Source: Polyangiaceae bacterium (GTDB lineage: Bacteria; Myxococcota_A; Polyangia; Polyangiales; Polyangiaceae). Taken from it: a DNA stretch of 34,635 nucleotides. Shown one piece after another: positions 32,431 to 34,635 of this stretch (its first letter is position 1; the number at the start of each line of letters is the position of its first letter). The position numbers were made by a program, and so were the translations under genes. The DNA lies in NCBI GenBank assembly GCA_013141295.1, contig JABFRG010001213.1, positions 1-34,635 on the forward strand, written 5' to 3'. The notes below the pieces were generated by a model. That model was not told the DNA's origin. It was given only the letters and a program-made list of their open reading frames with translations, and ran no database searches.

Positions 32431-33249
32431 TCACTCGGTGGTAGCGCCATCGCCGCAGCGGGCCATGCGGGCCAGCTGCGCCAGGTTGAAGGCGGCCTCG
32501 GCGGGTTCTTCGTTCGCTCGCACCACGTGCGCGAGCACGGCGTGGGAGAGGGCCACCTGCTTCAGCTGCGAGAGCGACGTGAACGCCTGGTCGTCCTTGG
32601 TGCCGAGCTGCCCGTCGGCACCGGCCCGGTGCTCGAGGATGGCGTTCGCCACCCACCAGTTCATATAGGTGTAGGATGCACCGGTAGCGCCGAAGCCGAG
32701 GTGGTCGCGATCGAAGGTGTTGGCGACGCGGAGCATGCCGTCGGCCTCACGGCTCCCGTCGGCGATGGCGAGCACGCGGGTGGCGGAGTAGGGGTACGCG
32801 TAGCCCCGGTGCATGGCCACCGAGAGCAGGCTCTGGAAGGTGAACTGGTCGGTGATCCCGGGCTTCGCGGTCTCCCGCCGGAGCACCGAGAGGGAGGTGA
32901 ACTTGCGGTCGTCTTTGGTGCCGGCCTTGCCGTCGGCGCCGGCGCGGTAGGCGAGCATGCGGTCCACCTGCGAGGCATCGAGGAACGCGTGGTCGAGGTC
33001 GTTGCACGTCTGACCGGCCACGCAGAAGCCCAGCTCGGCGCCGGTGAGGGTGCTCGCGGCCTTCAGGATGCCGGCGGCCTCGGGGCTGTTCTGGGCGATC
33101 CCGGTGAGCTTGTCCTTGGCGACGAGCTCGCTCTCGGTGGCGTCGGCGTCGGCGTCGCTTTGGCCGTCGGCCCCCGCGCACCCGGCGAGAAGGCCGACAA
33201 GCGAGGCAAGCGAGGCAAGCGAGGCAAGCGAGGGCAGTGAGGCGCGCAT
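32431..33249 (-). CDS. Lipoprotein with an internally duplicated module reminiscent of ComEA-type helix-hairpin-helix
   Basis: C-terminal 272 aa of track ORF 32431..34344. ATG 33249 has AAGGAG 11 nt upstream. MRASLPSLASLASLASLVGLLAGCAG has lipobox LAGC. Two copies fit the pattern L+.A.T...LGF...A..+L..RAGADG..GTKDD..FTSLS.L. The HhH assignment is tentative. Confidence 0.6.
   Translation of the reverse strand: MRASLPSLASLASLASLVGLLAGCAGADGQSDADADATESELVAKDKLTGIAQNSPEAAGILKAASTLTGAELGFCVAGQTCNDLDHAFLDASQVDRMLAYRAGADGKAGTKDDRKFTSLSVLRRETAKPGITDQFTFQSLLSVAMHRGYAYPYSATRVLAIADGSREADGMLRVANTFDRDHLGFGATGASYTYMNWWVANAILEHRAGADGQLGTKDDQAFTSLSQLKQVALSHAVLAHVVRANEEPAEAAFNLAQLARMARCGDGATTE
33198..33233. 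repeat. Perfect 4 x 9-bp tandem repeat (CAAGCGAGG) inside the signal-peptide coding region
   Basis: CAAGCGAGG occurs four times in a row at 33198..33233, followed by a degenerate fifth unit. On the coding (minus) strand it encodes the SLA repeats of the SLASLASLASL tract. Confidence 0.9.
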
Positions 33250-33609
33250 GAGAATGGGAGCTCCTTGAAAGTGACCACGATGGCCGCACGCGGAACCCGA
33301 GGTCGGATGGGGGGCGGCGCGTCGTGGAGTGAAGGGGCATACGGAGTCCTCCGCCGACGACTTCCCCCCCGCACCGCGCCATCCTTTCTTCGGCGTGCTC
33401 GGTGACTCCGCAGCGCTCTCGGAGCCGCAGGCCGCGACACTGGAGTCGCCGTTTCCGTTGAAGAACGCAGGTGTTTCCTCGGCGGACGCGTGCGAAAACG
33501 AGCCAAACGCGCCAAGTAGCTCCGCAGTCGCCCCCGCAGGTAGCCGAAAACTATGGCAAATGCGCCAGGGTGCGGGAACATGCAATTCAACCGGGGGACA
33601 CTGGCACCC

Positions 33610-33625
33610 TGGCCCGACTTGTGCT
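33610..33625 (+). promoter_or_regulatory. Candidate sigma54 (-24/-12) promoter upstream of the IPT/TIG lipoprotein gene
   Basis: TGGCCCGACTTGTGCT compared with the consensus TGGCACG-N4-TTGCW. GG and GC are at the correct spacing, with 2 mismatches. It lies about 55 nt upstream of ATG 33680. Confidence 0.3.
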
Positions 33626-33679
33626 TTTCCATACGCGGCCTGTTTTCCCAACGAGCCGGTACCACTGGGAGACTCCACC

Positions 33680-34635
33680 ATGTCCGCCCGCTCTGCTCTC
33701 GCTTGCTGCTTCGCTGCCGTCGTCCTCGCTCTCGGGGGCTGCGATTCGAGCGGCACGCCCGACGATCCCGCGGATGCCGCGCTCTTCGACGGTGGCGGTC
33801 TCGACACCGGCAAGCCGACCCCCAAGCCCGACGCGTCCGATGGCGGGGTCATCGATCCGGACCTCGCGGAAGTGCCGGAGCTCACCGGCGTGAGCCCGCA
33901 GAGCGCGAAGGTGGGGTCCGTCGGTCCGAGCGTCATCGTCACCGGCAAGAAGTTCGTCGCGCGCACCGTGGTCCAGCTCGACGGCGCGGTGCTCGCCACC
34001 ACGTACATCAGCCCGACCGAGCTCCGTGCCACCATCCCCACCGGCAAGCTCACCGCCGTGGGCCAGCTGCGCATCTCCGTGGGCACCGCGCCTCCGGGCG
34101 GTGGCGCCAGCCAGTCGCTGCTCTTCGACGTGGTGAACCCGGCGCCGATCCTCACCGCCATCTCCAACCCGTCGCCGCCCAGCGCGCCGCTCGGTTCGCC
34201 CGACACCAAGATCACCGTCACCGGCGCCGACTTCGCCGCCGGCGCCAAGGTCTCCTTCGATGGCCTCGAGCTGGTCACCACCTTCAAGGCCGACTCGAGC
34301 CTCGACGCCATGGTCCCGGCCGCGAAGCTCACGAAGGCCGGCACCTACGACGTGGTGGTGAAGAATCCTGCGCCCGGCGGCGGCACGTCGACGCCCATCG
34401 TGTTCACCGTGACCAACCCCACGGTCATGCTCACCTCGGTCTCGCCCAACAACGCCGAGATCAACTCGCCCGCCACCACCATCACCCTCGGCGGCACCGG
34501 CTTCCTTCCGGCGAGCTCGGTGTCGTTCAACGGCGTCAAGCTCGCCGCCGTCACCTTCGTGAGCGGAACGCAGCTCAACGCGCAGGTGCCGGCGACCTCG
34601 CTGGTCACCGTGGGTGACTTCCCGGTGGTGGTGAC
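33680..34635 (+). CDS. Lipoprotein with tandem IPT/TIG-like Ig-fold repeats, N-terminal part only (runs off right edge)
   Basis: Absent from the ORF track because it has no stop in the window. ATG 33680 has GGGAG 7 nt upstream. Hand translation is MSARSALACCFAAVVLALGGCDSSG..., with lipobox LGGC. At least three repeats of about 85 aa follow, of the type LTGVSPQSAKVGSVGPSVIVTGKKF / ILTAISNPSPPSAPLGSPDTKITVTGADF / LTSVSPNNAEINSPATTITLGGTGF. Confidence 0.7.
   Translation, partial: MSARSALACCFAAVVLALGGCDSSGTPDDPADAALFDGGGLDTGKPTPKPDASDGGVIDPDLAEVPELTGVSPQSAKVGSVGPSVIVTGKKFVARTVVQLDGAVLATTYISPTELRATIPTGKLTAVGQLRISVGTAPPGGGASQSLLFDVVNPAPILTAISNPSPPSAPLGSPDTKITVTGADFAAGAKVSFDGLELVTTFKADSSLDAMVPAAKLTKAGTYDVVVKNPAPGGGTSTPIVFTVTNPTVMLTSVSPNNAEINSPATTITLGGTGFLPASSVSFNGVKLAAVTFVSGTQLNAQVPATSLVTVGDFPVVV

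Noticed and set aside
33198-33233. Possible CRISPR-like or regulatory repeat array
   Set aside because: The units are contiguous 9-mers with no spacers and lie in frame within a coding signal peptide. This is a coding microsatellite, not a CRISPR array.
33602-33616. Exact TGGCAC hexamer as the sigma54 -24 box
   Set aside because: No GC dinucleotide or TTGC-like -12 element occurs at the required spacing. The adjacent TGGCCC...GTGCT element fits better.
33250-34344. N-terminal part of the 637-aa minus-strand ORF 32431..34344
   Set aside because: It is antisense to the IPT/TIG-repeat gene, which has a lipoprotein signal, an RBS and periodic domain repeats. The real minus-strand gene starts at 33249.
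1-34635. rRNA, tRNA or other structured RNA genes, and mobile elements
   Set aside because: Gaps between supported CDSs are short, mostly under 200 bp. None showed cloverleaf-like arms or rRNA-like conserved strings on inspection, and no transposase-like ORF or terminal inverted repeats were seen. This eye scan cannot fully exclude small RNAs.

Overview
Very GC-rich bacterial chromosomal segment (about 70% by eye, not computed). The codons are GC3-saturated, so every real gene is shadowed by long spurious antisense ORFs. Gene content suggests Myxococcota or a similar lineage; that is inference only. The clues are many lipoproteins, a eukaryotic-like Ser/Thr kinase, DUF1592/DUF1552-type genes and a sigma54-like promoter. 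I support about 31 protein-coding genes, two of them cut by the window edges and absent from the ORF track. Left to right they are: an edge lipoprotein and a small coupled ORF; a BON-domain protein; a ku-ligD NHEJ operon; a lamin-tail-domain lipoprotein; a hypothetical lipoprotein; a minus-strand run of small membrane protein, PD40-like propeller lipoprotein, NHL propeller lipoprotein and ATP-grasp enzyme; a GHL10-type glycosidase; a propeller lipoprotein plus DUF4331 operon; a PhnD-like protein plus Ser/Thr kinase; rseP; a polytopic membrane protein; an anchored lipase; a secreted triad related to DUF1592/1588/1585 and DUF1552; an alpha/beta hydrolase; a YpfJ-like Zn-peptidase lipoprotein; a three-gene operon of SulP transporter fused to a Cam-type gamma-carbonic anhydrase plus two SPFH/Band-7 paralogues; an HhH-like lipoprotein; and an edge IPT/TIG-repeat lipoprotein. 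I saw no rRNA, tRNA, CRISPR array, transposase or integrase. The best candidate for an undescribed system is the translationally coupled SulP-gammaCA (no STAS) / SPFH / SPFH operon with its unusually AT-rich, repeat-bearing leader. Second is the split and permuted DUF1592-family / DUF1552 triad. All domain calls are motif recognition by eye, with no searches run.
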